A DNA stretch of 64,000 nt. Source: Diplonema japonicum. Lineage: Eukaryota > Protista > Euglenozoa: Diplonemea. The stretch is from assembly GCA_964019335.1 (NCBI GenBank), contig OZ025751.1, positions 186,001 to 250,000 on the forward strand, in the 5' to 3' direction. Positions 33,950-45,365 of the stretch are shown in pieces. The position numbers and the translations under genes are program-made. The first letter of the stretch is position 1. Every line of letters starts with the position of its first letter. The notes below the pieces were generated by a model. It was given only the letters and a program-made list of their open reading frames with translations, was not told the origin of the DNA and ran no database searches.

Positions 33950-36718
33950 ATGGCGTCCCCGAACAACCCAATGGTCATGTGTACGCTGTGCGAGAAGGAA
34001 GTCGCTTGGAAGGATTGGGAAGCGCACAAAAAGGGCAAGGCGCACAAGAAGTCAGCGGAGGAAAAGGGGGTGACGGATGAGGCAGCACTTCAGGTGCTCC
34101 ACAAGGAGGCGGAGGACAAAGCTGGATACGTACCGAGAGCTCCAAAGGTCAGCAAGCCGGCACCAAAGCCTGCTCCCAAACCTGCTTCCAAACCTGCCCC
34201 CAAACCCGCTGCAGCCAATCCTCGCACACAGCCCAACAGGAATAACAGGGGGAACCAGAACTCCCGACTTGGGATCCCCCTCCGGCCTATCAACTTCACC
34301 ATTGAAGTGAAGCGAGGCAAGTCCTCCCCACCCTTTGGGGCAACCTTCTCCCTGGTCGGCTCTCGCGTACGTGTCTCCTCTGTCGAGGCTGGCAGCCCTG
34401 CCTCCGTGGTGGGACTCATACCCAGCCTTGTTGTGCAGCAGGTGAATAATAAGAACGTGAAGACGGTTGCAGTGGTCAAGAAAACAGTCTCCGAGGGTGT
34501 CAACTTTACACTGTTGGTGGTCGCTGACAGCAGCGGTCTGCTCCCTGGCGGGGTCACTTCGTGGAACAAGGAGCGTGGGTTCGGCTTCATCTGCCCTTCC
34601 CGCCCGCTGTTCACGCAGGAAAAAATGCTGGGTGACACGACGGGTGTGTACTTCGGGGACATCAGATGCAACAGCTACTCGCTGGGCCGGGACAAACTGA
34701 CCAGCTTGGCGGAGGGGCAGGAGGTGGAGTTCGAGGTGCACTACGACGGGCGGTACTTTGGGATCAAGAGCGTGCAAGGAGTGGCAGGGGGGAAGATGGT
34801 GGAGGCAGCGAAGAAGCCAGATGTCGGACCGGTCGGGCGCGCTGGTGCAGATATTTCCTCACTTGTGAAGACGAAGGAGGCAGTGTGCATGCCTTACACA
34901 GCAGGACGCTGCACCGACCCGTCGTCAACATCGTGCAGCATGGGCGTCCACATCAAGAAACCCGGCAGCAAGGGCAAGACATCTGTAGACGAGGTGATGG
35001 TGAAGGTGAGCTCGTCGAAACTGGAGTTGCTGCAGCAGAAATGGACGGAAATTGAAGGTCCCGGTCGTTTGGTGAATGGGTGGCAGCTCAGGAACGACGA
35101 CCTGGAGTTCCGGTTCCGGGCGACAGAGTACAACATGACACGGACGAGGGGCAGGGCACCCGACATGATCGACGGCTTCCACGGGACGGCGGAGGACAAC
35201 GTGCTGAGCATCGCACAGAACGGGTTCGACCCCTTCAGGAGGTCGGGGCAGGTGCATGGAGCTGGTGAGTACTTCGCGAAGGACCCGAAAGTCTCTGTCG
35301 GCTACTGCAGGGGTGGGTGCTTCATGTTCCTGTGCAGGCTGATCTTGGGAGAAGCGGAGGACCACAAGTGGGTCCCCTCAATGAAATACTACATCATGAA
35401 GCAGAATGGGGGGAACATACAGGCCCTTCCCATGTACCTCCTGCAGTTCAAAAAAACATCCTCACCCCTTGCGCTGAGGATGTCGAAGGTGAGCAACGAC
35501 GAGAAAGAGGCTGCTGCGACTCTGCTCAAGATGGGGGCAAAACAAAGGGGAGGATTGAAGGCAGAGAAGGGGCGAATAGACACAGCGATGGTGGCACAGA
35601 ACACGAGGCACCTGTGGCTGGGGTGGCTAAACCCTGCAGTGGGGAGGGACGACGAGGAGCTTGCAAAGGATGTGAAGGAGTTCCTGAAGGGACATCAGGT
35701 GAAAATGCTGAAACCAGAACGGAACGCAGCACGGGTGGGGGCCTTCGTGGAGCTTGAGACTCCCGTCAACCAGCTGCAGATGGCGGAACTGAACTGCCGA
35801 CTGTACCACGGAGAGCACATCATCACAGTGGACAACGCACAGCCTGACAACCCGTACATGAGAAGCAAGCCGTGTCCACGCCTCAATGGGCCCAGCAGGT
35901 ACTGCAGAGGGTGGAACATCAAAGGCCACTGCGACTGGACGGAGACGTGCTCCTTCAAGCATGATGCGTCCAACTTCATAAACTACGGGGCCAACCTGGA
36001 GTACACAGAGGTGTCGGAAGGTTCGGCGAAGTACGAGGAGCTTGCAACAGAGATGCGGAAGGGCGGGCTGACGAAAATCAAAAGAATCCGCAGGGTGGTG
36101 AACAAGTCGCAGGAACGCGCGTACGAGTCAAGGCGATCGTTCAGCCACGAAAAGCACGGCTGTGTAGTGGAGAAGGAGCTGTGGCACGGCACAGCGTGCT
36201 CTGTTCTGGACAAGATCTTGGCATCGGGGTTGCAATGCCCATCAGACAGTCAGGCGAGTGAAGCATGCCCCGTGTCGGGTGGGAAGGGGCTGGCCACCAC
36301 ACTGTGCGGAACGGACTGCAAGCACTGCACTGAAAAACACGAATGGAAACGCTGCCACATGTTCGGGCTGGGAATCTACCTCGCAGACCAGGCGGAGAAG
36401 TCACACAGGTACGTGACGCCTGAGAAGGGTGTGTACTCCCTCGTGAAGTGCAGGGTGAACTTGGGGAACCCCTACCTCATCGAGGCCAACCTGAAGGCGA
36501 GCAACGGCTTGCATGACGTCGTGCGGTGTGTCGATCCCTCTGCCTTCATAAAGCCTCTGAAGAAGGTGGAATGGGATCTCATCAAGGGCCACGATTCCTA
36601 CTACGTGAAGGGTCTTGGGAGCAACGCGAAGACGGGTTTCGGTGTCATTAACTCCGAGTACATCATCTTCCAGCCTGCACAGGTCCTGCCTTTGTACGTG
36701 GTGGACTATGAGGTCTAA
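33950..36718 (+). CDS. multidomain double-PARP protein B (tandem paralogue)
   Basis: Same architecture as 29800-32484, with a longer Pro/Asn-rich linker and scattered substitutions. Confidence 0.9.
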   Translation: MASPNNPMVMCTLCEKEVAWKDWEAHKKGKAHKKSAEEKGVTDEAALQVLHKEAEDKAGYVPRAPKVSKPAPKPAPKPASKPAPKPAAANPRTQPNRNNRGNQNSRLGIPLRPINFTIEVKRGKSSPPFGATFSLVGSRVRVSSVEAGSPASVVGLIPSLVVQQVNNKNVKTVAVVKKTVSEGVNFTLLVVADSSGLLPGGVTSWNKERGFGFICPSRPLFTQEKMLGDTTGVYFGDIRCNSYSLGRDKLTSLAEGQEVEFEVHYDGRYFGIKSVQGVAGGKMVEAAKKPDVGPVGRAGADISSLVKTKEAVCMPYTAGRCTDPSSTSCSMGVHIKKPGSKGKTSVDEVMVKVSSSKLELLQQKWTEIEGPGRLVNGWQLRNDDLEFRFRATEYNMTRTRGRAPDMIDGFHGTAEDNVLSIAQNGFDPFRRSGQVHGAGEYFAKDPKVSVGYCRGGCFMFLCRLILGEAEDHKWVPSMKYYIMKQNGGNIQALPMYLLQFKKTSSPLALRMSKVSNDEKEAAATLLKMGAKQRGGLKAEKGRIDTAMVAQNTRHLWLGWLNPAVGRDDEELAKDVKEFLKGHQVKMLKPERNAARVGAFVELETPVNQLQMAELNCRLYHGEHIITVDNAQPDNPYMRSKPCPRLNGPSRYCRGWNIKGHCDWTETCSFKHDASNFINYGANLEYTEVSEGSAKYEELATEMRKGGLTKIKRIRRVVNKSQERAYESRRSFSHEKHGCVVEKELWHGTACSVLDKILASGLQCPSDSQASEACPVSGGKGLATTLCGTDCKHCTEKHEWKRCHMFGLGIYLADQAEKSHRYVTPEKGVYSLVKCRVNLGNPYLIEANLKASNGLHDVVRCVDPSAFIKPLKKVEWDLIKGHDSYYVKGLGSNAKTGFGVINSEYIIFQPAQVLPLYVVDYEV

Positions 36719-37493
36719 GTTGTTCCCCCCCTTTTTTTTTGTCCGAAGCACCCTTATAAAAAAAATGGTGCCTTGCTATGCTTGTCCAGAGCGATCAGCA
36801 ATGAAAACCTTTTTGATTTCCTTTGACCTTTGCTTCCTTTCTGATCGGTTTTTTTTTTCCCCTCTTTCTATTTATTATGCTCTCTTGACCTTTGTTTCCT
36901 CTCTTTCTCTTGACCTTTGTTTCCTCACACTTTCCAAAGAATAAAATAACATAAAATTTGAAAGAAAAAGAAAAATGATCTTGAATTTCTCTTGATTTCT
37001 TTTATCCTTTTGTATCGAATTGACTTGATGGTCCGTTCTACCCTAACCATACCAGGAGTCTCCTTTAGCTGACCCATTTCTTTTCCAAGGACCAGCGCGG
37101 CCGGTGAGCGCAAAAACGCATACCTTAAAAGAATAGTTTTCCCTCTGTTTACACAATTTTCTAGTCGAGTTTTTTTAAAAAAAAAAGATTTTTATTACCT
37201 TTATAAATCTTTGTATCTCGTGCAGCCCTTATATTTTTTTTTTCTCTTGCGACGACAAAAAAAAAAGAAAAAAAAAAAAAGAAAAGGTGGCGAACAAAAG
37301 ACCAGAGTCATAAAAAATAATCAATTTTTTTTTTTTACTAAGACACCTTTATTGTGTTAAAACTTTTAAACTAAGCCGCCCTCTCTCTCGTTTTTTTTCC
37401 CCCCTATATTCTTCTTTTATGTATATACTCGTAGCAAGACAGGGAGGGAGGGTGGAGGGGAGGCTGCGGAAGCAAAAAAAAGAAAGAAAAAAA

Positions 37494-38573
37494 ATGGACA
37501 TACCATCCCTCCCACGCTGCAAAGCCGACGACGAAGACATGGAGAAACTGCACAGCGCCGCGCGGAAGGGAAACGTGGAGGTTGTGTCCCGTCTCATCAA
37601 CGGGGGCATCCATCATTCCATCCCGAACAAGTTTGGCTGCACGGCCCTGCACCTCGCGTGCAAGCACAACCACGTTAGTATAATACAAGAACTGGGCGAA
37701 AAGCAAGTTGCTTTAGGCGCATGGCACGGCTGGTTTGCAATCCACCTCGCCGTCATCACAGGCAACGTGTCACTTCTAGACGAGCTCTGCTACGCCGTCG
37801 AGCGGCACAGCGGGAACGATTTCAACTCCTTTATAAACCAAGCCGCCGAGCAGGAAATAACAGACATACAAGGGAAGGTGCTGGATGAAACAACCTCTCT
37901 GTTGGCACCGCTGCATCTTTCCGTAATTTTGAATAATATTAACGTGACGAAAAAACTTTTGGAAAAGGGCGCTGCGGTCACTCTGCGTGACAAGCTGGGC
38001 AAATCACCCCTAATGTACGCGCTGCATTATGCGGACGAAGCCATGGTGAAGGTTTTGCTAGCACAACACACAACAGTTCATGTGCAGGACAAGAAGGGTG
38101 CAAACGTGCTTCACCACGCCTTGCGGTCCGACAGGGATGATATGTGTGCGTTACTGTTGCAAGCTGTTCGAACAGAGAGCTCCGAGAGCATCAACTCCTT
38201 CCTCGTCGCGGAGGACGACGGGAAAGTGTCGCCTGTGATGTTGATGATAGAAACAGGGAAGGTGTCCCTCCTCGCGTCCTGTGTTGAGTTCCTTGACTCC
38301 TTCTCCTTCCAACAGATGAAATTCCATGACGCTCGCACGGTGCACCCGGAGCGTATCCACTGGTGTCTCCCCCACAACCCTTCTCAGTTTGATCCTGATG
38401 TGCACCTCACTTCTGAAGGGCGGAAGGACGCTGTGATTCGAATCCTGCAGAGCAGGCTGGACGAGGTCAACACCGACGCTTTCGAGAGGAAACCCAAACG
38501 GCAGCCCATCACCCTTGCCCCTTCTTCGCCTGGAAACCGCACCCGTGGGATGTCCACCGATATTAGGAAGTGA
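37494..38573 (+). CDS. ankyrin-repeat protein
   Basis: LHSAARKG, GCTALHLAC, APLHLSV, GKSPLMYA and GANVLHHA repeats. From memory it resembles a conserved trypanosomatid ankyrin protein (unverified). Confidence 0.9.
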   Translation: MDIPSLPRCKADDEDMEKLHSAARKGNVEVVSRLINGGIHHSIPNKFGCTALHLACKHNHVSIIQELGEKQVALGAWHGWFAIHLAVITGNVSLLDELCYAVERHSGNDFNSFINQAAEQEITDIQGKVLDETTSLLAPLHLSVILNNINVTKKLLEKGAAVTLRDKLGKSPLMYALHYADEAMVKVLLAQHTTVHVQDKKGANVLHHALRSDRDDMCALLLQAVRTESSESINSFLVAEDDGKVSPVMLMIETGKVSLLASCVEFLDSFSFQQMKFHDARTVHPERIHWCLPHNPSQFDPDVHLTSEGRKDAVIRILQSRLDEVNTDAFERKPKRQPITLAPSSPGNRTRGMSTDIRK

Positions 38574-38850
38574 GTTGGTTTTTTTTTTAAATATTTTTTG
38601 TTCTTGTTTTAATGGCGTAAACAGACAGAGTCTCCGCATAGGAGAGCCCTACCCCCCCCGATTGCGATTGACACGACTGTTATTTATTTTTTTCTTTTTT
38701 TTTAAAACCCCCTATGTTTACCCCCCTCACCCCCTACCCCCGACTTTTGTTATTTGTTTTGTGTATTTTTCTTTGTTTCAAAGTTTTGTCTTTTTCATGC
38801 TTTTTTTTTTTTTTACAGTCTGTTTCTTCTTTACACCGGAAACAACCAGA

Positions 38851-39597
38851 ATGTCGGCGCAAACAGAGCACGGGTACCACGGTCTGCAAGCCGGTGCTGA
38901 GCCGCAAGCATGGAAGTCGATGGAGGCAGATATCGATGAGACACACGTGTACATCGACGGGCACCCTGTGATGGAGGGGTGGGAGAAGCCTTACCAGGAT
39001 GCGATCGCGAAGATCGCCTGCGAGAACGGCGGGAAGGTGCTGGAGGTAGGGTTTGGGATGGCGCTGTCCGCCTCTGCGATACAGAGGAACGACATCGGGG
39101 AGCACGTGATCATCGAAGCGTCTGAGGCGGTCTTCAAGAGGCTGGAGAGCTGGGCCGCACAGCAGAAGCACAAGGTGACCCCCATGTTCGGCCTGTGGCA
39201 GGATGTGGTGAAGACCCTCCCCAGCAACAGCTTCGACGGGATCTACTACGACACCTACCCGAACAACAAGGAGTCGCAGCACACCCACCAGTTCGAGTTC
39301 TTGAAGGAAGCCCGTCGCATCCTGAAGCCCGGTGGCATCCTCACTTACTGCAACCTCACCTCGCTCGGTGTTCTTCGTCCTGAGTTTTCCTCTGAGGGCA
39401 CCACTGATAAGGAGGCTTGGGAGAGGCTTTTCTTGGAGACTCAGAAGCCGCACATCTTGAAAGCAGGCTGGGAAGAGAGCGAGATTAAACAGAATGAGAT
39501 CTTCGGGCCCCTCTCCCCACCCAAGGAGTGTGAGTACTACCAGCACAGCAGCCTGCTCATGCCACGCCTTGTGAAGACTGCGACATCTGCGCCATGA
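38851..39597 (+). CDS. GAMT: guanidinoacetate N-methyltransferase, copy 1
   Basis: PVMEGWEKPY, GGKVLEVGFGMA, FDGIYYDTYP, HTHQFEF and LKPGGILTYCNLTS closely follow animal GAMT. Confidence 0.9.
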   Translation: MSAQTEHGYHGLQAGAEPQAWKSMEADIDETHVYIDGHPVMEGWEKPYQDAIAKIACENGGKVLEVGFGMALSASAIQRNDIGEHVIIEASEAVFKRLESWAAQQKHKVTPMFGLWQDVVKTLPSNSFDGIYYDTYPNNKESQHTHQFEFLKEARRILKPGGILTYCNLTSLGVLRPEFSSEGTTDKEAWERLFLETQKPHILKAGWEESEIKQNEIFGPLSPPKECEYYQHSSLLMPRLVKTATSAP

Positions 39598-40423
39598 ATA
39601 TGATGATTCCTTTTTTTTGAAGATGGAAGAATAAAAGTGAAAGAATAGTTATGGGCAATGGCGGGAAGGGGGAAAAAAAAAAGTTCCTACATCATATATA
39701 AAGAAAAACCCGCTTTTTAGTGGGGAAAAAAAAGTTATGGATGTCGTACTTGTCGGTTTCCCCCCTTTTTTTTTCTTAAGAGAAGTGGGTGCGATCGATT
39801 TTTTTTGTATTTTTTTTTACACGTAAACGTAAGAGGGAAGTTACAACGACAAAAAAAAAAAAATATTAAGGAAGAAGAGGAATGAGTGAATGCGACTCGA
39901 TTATGTTTTCTTTTTTTTTTTTTTGTGTGTGCCAGACTTGTACTGTGAATTCTACTTTTACCTTTCTTCTTTTTTTCTATTCCCCTCCCCCATTCTACTT
40001 TTTACACCTTTGTGGTTTTCTCTCTTTTTTCCCTTCGGTGCGATCGTTAACGATGCCTGTAGCCGTGACTGTATGAGATGCCAAGGCGGCTGCTTACCAC
40101 CTACCCTTGGAGTTCTACCAAAAACAGAAATGACGACATGAAATGCCACCGAAAATAATTTTCTTTTTTGAACAATTACACGATTCTTTTTTTTAACATA
40201 CCATCTATGCCTGCTTCTATGCTAGCAAAAAAAAAAAACTCCCACCCTGCCCCCCATTAAAAAAAAAGCGGGGGAGGAAGTCTTTCGTTTCCCCCCCTAT
40301 TTTTTAAAAAAAATAATTCTCGGTTCTTCCAAAAAGAAGTAAGAAAAAAAAGAAAAAAAAATAACATCACACACCAGGCTGCTTCCTTAACCTTTTTACA
40401 CTTCAAGAAAAGAAAAAATAATA

Positions 40424-41170
40424 ATGTCGGCGCAAACAGAGCATGGGTACCACGGTCTGCAAGCCGGTGCTGAGCCGCAAGCATGGAAGTCGATGGAGGC
40501 AGACATCGATGAGACACACGTGTACATCGACGGGCACCCTGTGATGGAGGGGTGGGAGAAGCCCTACCAGGATGCGATCGCGAAGATCGCCTGCGAGAAC
40601 GGCGGGAAGGTGCTGGAGGTAGGGTTTGGGATGGCGCTGTCCGCCTCTGCGATACAGAGGAACGACATCGGGGAGCACGTGATCATCGAAGCGTCTGAGG
40701 CGGTCTTCAAGAGGCTGGAGAGCTGGGCCGCACAGCAGAAGCACAAGGTGACCCCCATGTTCGGCCTGTGGCAGGATGTGGTGAAGACCCTCCCCAGCAA
40801 CAGCTTCGACGGGATCTACTACGACACCTACCCGAACAACAAGGAGTCGCAGCACACCCACCAGTTCGAGTTCTTGAAGGAAGCCCGTCGCATCCTGAAG
40901 CCCGGTGGCATCCTCACTTACTGCAACCTCACCTCGCTCGGTGTTCTTCGTCCTGAGTTTTCCTCTGAGGGCACCACTGATAAGGAGGCTTGGGAGAGGC
41001 TTTTCTTGGAGACTCAGAAGCCGCACATCTTGAAAGCAGGCTGGGAAGAGAGCGAGATTAAACAGAATGAGATCTTCGGGCCCCTCTCCCCACCCAAGGA
41101 GTGTGAGTACTACCAGCACAGCAGCCTGCTCATGCCACGCCTTGTGAAGACTGCGACATCTGCACCATGA
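40424..41170 (+). CDS. GAMT: guanidinoacetate N-methyltransferase, copy 2
   Basis: Protein identical to copy 1. Confidence 0.9.
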   Translation: MSAQTEHGYHGLQAGAEPQAWKSMEADIDETHVYIDGHPVMEGWEKPYQDAIAKIACENGGKVLEVGFGMALSASAIQRNDIGEHVIIEASEAVFKRLESWAAQQKHKVTPMFGLWQDVVKTLPSNSFDGIYYDTYPNNKESQHTHQFEFLKEARRILKPGGILTYCNLTSLGVLRPEFSSEGTTDKEAWERLFLETQKPHILKAGWEESEIKQNEIFGPLSPPKECEYYQHSSLLMPRLVKTATSAP

Positions 41171-41699
41171 ATATAATAGGCGATCGGTTTTTTTCTTGTA
41201 TGTTACACGATTTTCTTCTTCTCTCTTTTTTCTTTCTTTTTTTTTTTTTAAACTGCTGCTATTCTTTTTTTTATGTTTTTCTTACACATTCTTGCTACAC
41301 TCTATTTCTTTTTATTATGTGGGTCGTTGGTAACATGGGGTCCGCATGGTCGTCTCTTCCCCCCTTTTTTGTTCCCCTCCCTTCGGGGAGGGGGGGGGGA
41401 AGAAAAAATATCGAACAAGACAAATTAAATATAATACCATATATCACTGCCCGTTCGTGATTTCCCCCTTCTAATTCCCTTCCCACTTTTCGTTCCCAGC
41501 TTCCTCTTTGCTTCTTCTTTTTTCTTTCTTTTTTTTTTTACAAACAGGAAAAGAAGGAGGAAAAAGAGAGAGGGGGTATAACAAAAAGCTGTTTTTTTTC
41601 AATTCATCAATTTCTTTCCTCGACACCCACCAACTATCGCAAACAGGACAGATTTGGGAAAAGAAAAAAGGAAAAAAAAAAAAAAAAACCCCGGGGGAA

Positions 41700-44600
41700 A
41701 TGATGAAGTTCACAGCCCTTGTAGTGCTGTGTTTGTCTGTTGTTCTAAACGGGCAGACCTGTGGAAGCGGAGATAAGGTGGTGGACAGCTCATGCTGCAA
41801 CTGTGAACCAGGCTTTGCGCCCCCCGACTGCAAGAAGTGCATAGCAGGGTATTTGCTCGGCATAGACCCCACAACAGGGAAGGACAAGTGCTACAACGGA
41901 GTCACCGACTGCCATAACCTTCTCCCAGCACCATGGGGATGTGGCGGCAAAGGGAAGTGTGTGGCGTGCGCACCCGGCGTCGACCCCTGCTACCCCAAGT
42001 GCGAGTGCAACCCTGGCGTCACGGGCGACAAATGCGAAGGCCAAGCAACTTCGCAGTGTCTTCCAGAAAGCGTCCACATGTACACCGTCTACCCTCAAGA
42101 GCCTGTCTCGGACGAACTCTTCAACGTTATGCTGTGGGGCTGCAGTATCGATGGCTCCTCGCAGTACCAAGTGCTCCCAGAGGACGCGCCATGCGGCACC
42201 ACAGTTGACCCCCTCTGCACAGTGAAGGCAGGCGACATGCTTGAGATACGCCATGAAGATGCTGCGAGCCCCGCCGCTGTGGAGTGCAACACCTGTGGTG
42301 AATGTTCTTCCTCCGTAGCCTGGGAGCTCGTTGCATCGGACTCTTCCTGCAGCAACGGGACGACCGCCACCACACTCACCGCCGCCAGTCTCGCAGACTG
42401 CATGGCGCAATGTGAGACTTCTGCCACGTGCAGCTCCGTCAACTATGTTTGCAAGACTGGTGTCTGCATGCTATACGCTGCGGCATGCGCTCCTGTAGCC
42501 AGCACCACCGGGTCCGCTATGTGGAAGATCAAGGCCCTCCCCACCGCTGTCGCCACTGACGCTTCGAAGGGCTGCACTGTGTGCAATACCAACGCTGCTG
42601 GGTCGTCGGAGTGCCTCCAGACATACAACACGTATTGGAGGCCCATCTCCGTCGTCGCAGCTTGCGACGGGAAGGGAGGTGCCCTCCTCAGCACGGAACG
42701 CGACACGAAAGACTTGAACGCCTGCTTCGAACTGTGCGAATCGACTTCTGAGTGTCTTTCCGTGGACTGGTTCTGCCAGACAAAGAGCTGCATGCTGTAC
42801 GCGGCCCCGTGCGGTGCCCCGGGCACGGTGCACCACGGTTCCTCTTCTTACGAGCTGATGCCCACCCAGGCCACTGGGTCCTTGGAATGCTCGCAGTGCG
42901 GCGAATGCCCTGCTCAGCTGAAGCCCGGGCAGTCCGCTACCGCCATCAGTGTCACCGCTGCCTGCGACGGCAACGACGAGGGCGTCGGTTCGTACAAGGA
43001 ACCGAAGGTTGCAAGCCTCAGTGAGTGCATTACCGCTTGCAGCGCTGATGCCGAGTGCAAGGCTGTGGACTGGTTCTGCCAGGTGAGGACCTGCAAGCTT
43101 TACAAGAAAGCGTGCAACACCCCCAAGGCGACCTTCCATGGTGCCTCTTCGTTCACGGTATGCTACATTGCCACAGAGCAACACAACACAACACAACACA
43201 ACACAACACAACACAACACAACACAACACAACACAACACAACACAACACAACACAACACAACACAACACAACACAACACAGGTGTCAGGAAGCACCACCT
43301 CCCGAAGTGGTGTGGCGTTGGCCGGTGTGACAGACGCTGTGACACCGGGTGTCACATGCCACTCCAAGTCGAAGGCAACGGGGAACTGCTTCGACACGTT
43401 GAAGACCTTCGACGAGGCCAAGAACACCTGCGCCAGTGAGGGCCCGGGGTGGAGGTTGTGCTACATAGCAGAACTGCAGAGCGGTGTCTGCTGCAGCACA
43501 GGCTGCAACCAAAACACAAAGGTGGTGTGGACGTTGGACACGTACGGCGGCTCGACGGGGTATGCTACTGGGCTGGAGAACGCAAACGAAAAAAAAAAAA
43601 AAAAACCCCTACCACAGACGTTCGTGCCCCGCAATGGGCCAGTCGCACAAGGGATGCCCGACTACCGAGCAGAAGGGCAAGCCGTCATGCGGTGCTGTGT
43701 CCCACACGAAGGCTGTGGCCTGCTGCGACAAAACAGCAGCGATGTGCTACACCAGCAAGTCTGTGGGCGGGAAGGACGAATGCTTCGAGAAGTACGCAAC
43801 GCTGCAGGAGGCTACGAAGATCTGCACTGACGACGGGAAGCGTCTGTGCACCATGCAGGAGCTGGACAACGGGCTCTGCTGCGGCAGGGGCTGCAACATC
43901 GGATCCTCAGAAGTGTGGACCAGCCAGGACGCCCAACAGGCCTGCACCTCAGACGAACTGCAAGGCAAGTTCGCGAACCCCGCTGGGATGTACGACGGTT
44001 GCCAACAGACCAACGCTGCAAACGGTGTCAAAGAGCACCCTGAGCAGTGCAGAGAGGCGAAGAACGCTGCGGTATAAATAAATAACAAAAAAAAAAAAAA
44101 AACCCCTACCACCACACCATCAGGGCTCTGTGAGGTGTTGTTACGAGCCGCAGGCGGGCGACCCGACACCCGAACCGACACCAGCACCGAACAGCTGCAC
44201 GGGGACCACAGGACAGGTCGAGGGGTCTATTGTGAAAAACTCCCAAAAGGGGTGCTTCGTGATCTCATCGCGTAAAGACGACAGCTACTGGACGATGCAG
44301 GGAGGGAAGGTACTCGCGGGGAGCAAGCAAGGCGCAGGCACCGTCCGCTTCGTCACACCATTCACAAAGGGGACCGAGTCCTGCAGCGTGCTGCCAAAGT
44401 ACACAGTGCAGTCGCACCCGAACTACGCTATCGACACAGAGCCGTGCAGCGCAAGGACAGGTGCGACACCTTGCCCCACGTGCACTGCTTCTGTTGAGTC
44501 GTGTGACCAGCCTGGGTATGCTAACCCGCACCCAGAACATAACAAAAAAAATCCCCCCAACCACTACAGTTTGTTCCTGAAGCTTGACGAAGGGAAGGTG

Positions 44601-45225
44601 TCTTTCGAGGCGGCGCCCTTCGACGCTTGCAATGCGTACAACGAAACAGCCTGCACGCTGTCCGCATGCAGGTGGCAGAACAAGAAGTGCGCCACCATTG
44701 CTTTGGAAAAATTCGCAGAGGTGGCCACCTTCAAGATCTTCCTTCACCAGGACTACACCAACTACACGGGCTTCGAGTCGCTGGGCGGGCAGAACATCGT
44801 TCCTGATGGTGGGAACGTGGTAGGGAGGGACAGTGTTGCAGCAGGCCCAGATGGGAAGGCATGGATGATGACAGAGATACCGGGTGCGAAGACGAGCTCA
44901 GAGGCTGTCCTCCCTGGGATTATGGTGAAAAGTGTTCCAGCGGGAGGTGCTAAGTACAAAATCTGCCAGAAGAAAAATGGAGCTTGGTCTGCGCTGCAGA
45001 CGCATGACCAGGATGGTTACAGGACTTGGACATTCCAGGTTTTGGATCTTGCCACTGCTCTGCGAGGTGCACCATCTGGTGGTGGGGAAGAGGACTGCTG
45101 CAACGGGATTGAACTTTTCGATATTTGTATCCCGTGGTGGGTGTTCCTTCTTCTTTGGATTCTCCTCATGGCATGTGCTGGGGGGATGAAGATGAGGCAG
45201 AACAAGCAAGAGGTATGAGTGAAGG

Positions 45226-45261
<36 letters not shown>

Positions 45262-45365
45262 CTGATGCTGTTAAAAACAACAAAAAATACGATGAGTTTG
45301 AACTCGATGAAAAAGTGGAAGAAACCGGTAAAGGCACCGCTGGTGATGACGACGATGACGTGTAG
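41700..45365 (+). CDS. type I membrane protein with EGF-like, 3x PAN/Apple-like and other Cys-rich modules, 6 exons
   Basis: Signal peptide; CECNPGVTGDKCE; three C..C...C.(S/A)V(D/N)(W/Y)..C.LY repeats; two RLC..EL..G.CC..GC repeats; TM WWVFLLLWILLMACAGGM. Introns at 43158-43281, 43560-43617, 44072-44123, 44516-44569 and 45213-45260. Confidence 0.8.
43179..43280. repeat. (CAACA)n microsatellite inside an intron
   Basis: Directly visible; runs right up to the AG acceptor at 43281. Confidence 0.95.

Noticed and set aside
37494-39597. Ankyrin gene next to GAMT as a split or fused RMT2 (ankyrin + GAMT-like)
   Set aside because: The ankyrin ORF has its own stop and spacer, and the methyltransferase has GAMT-specific motifs and a standalone duplicate.
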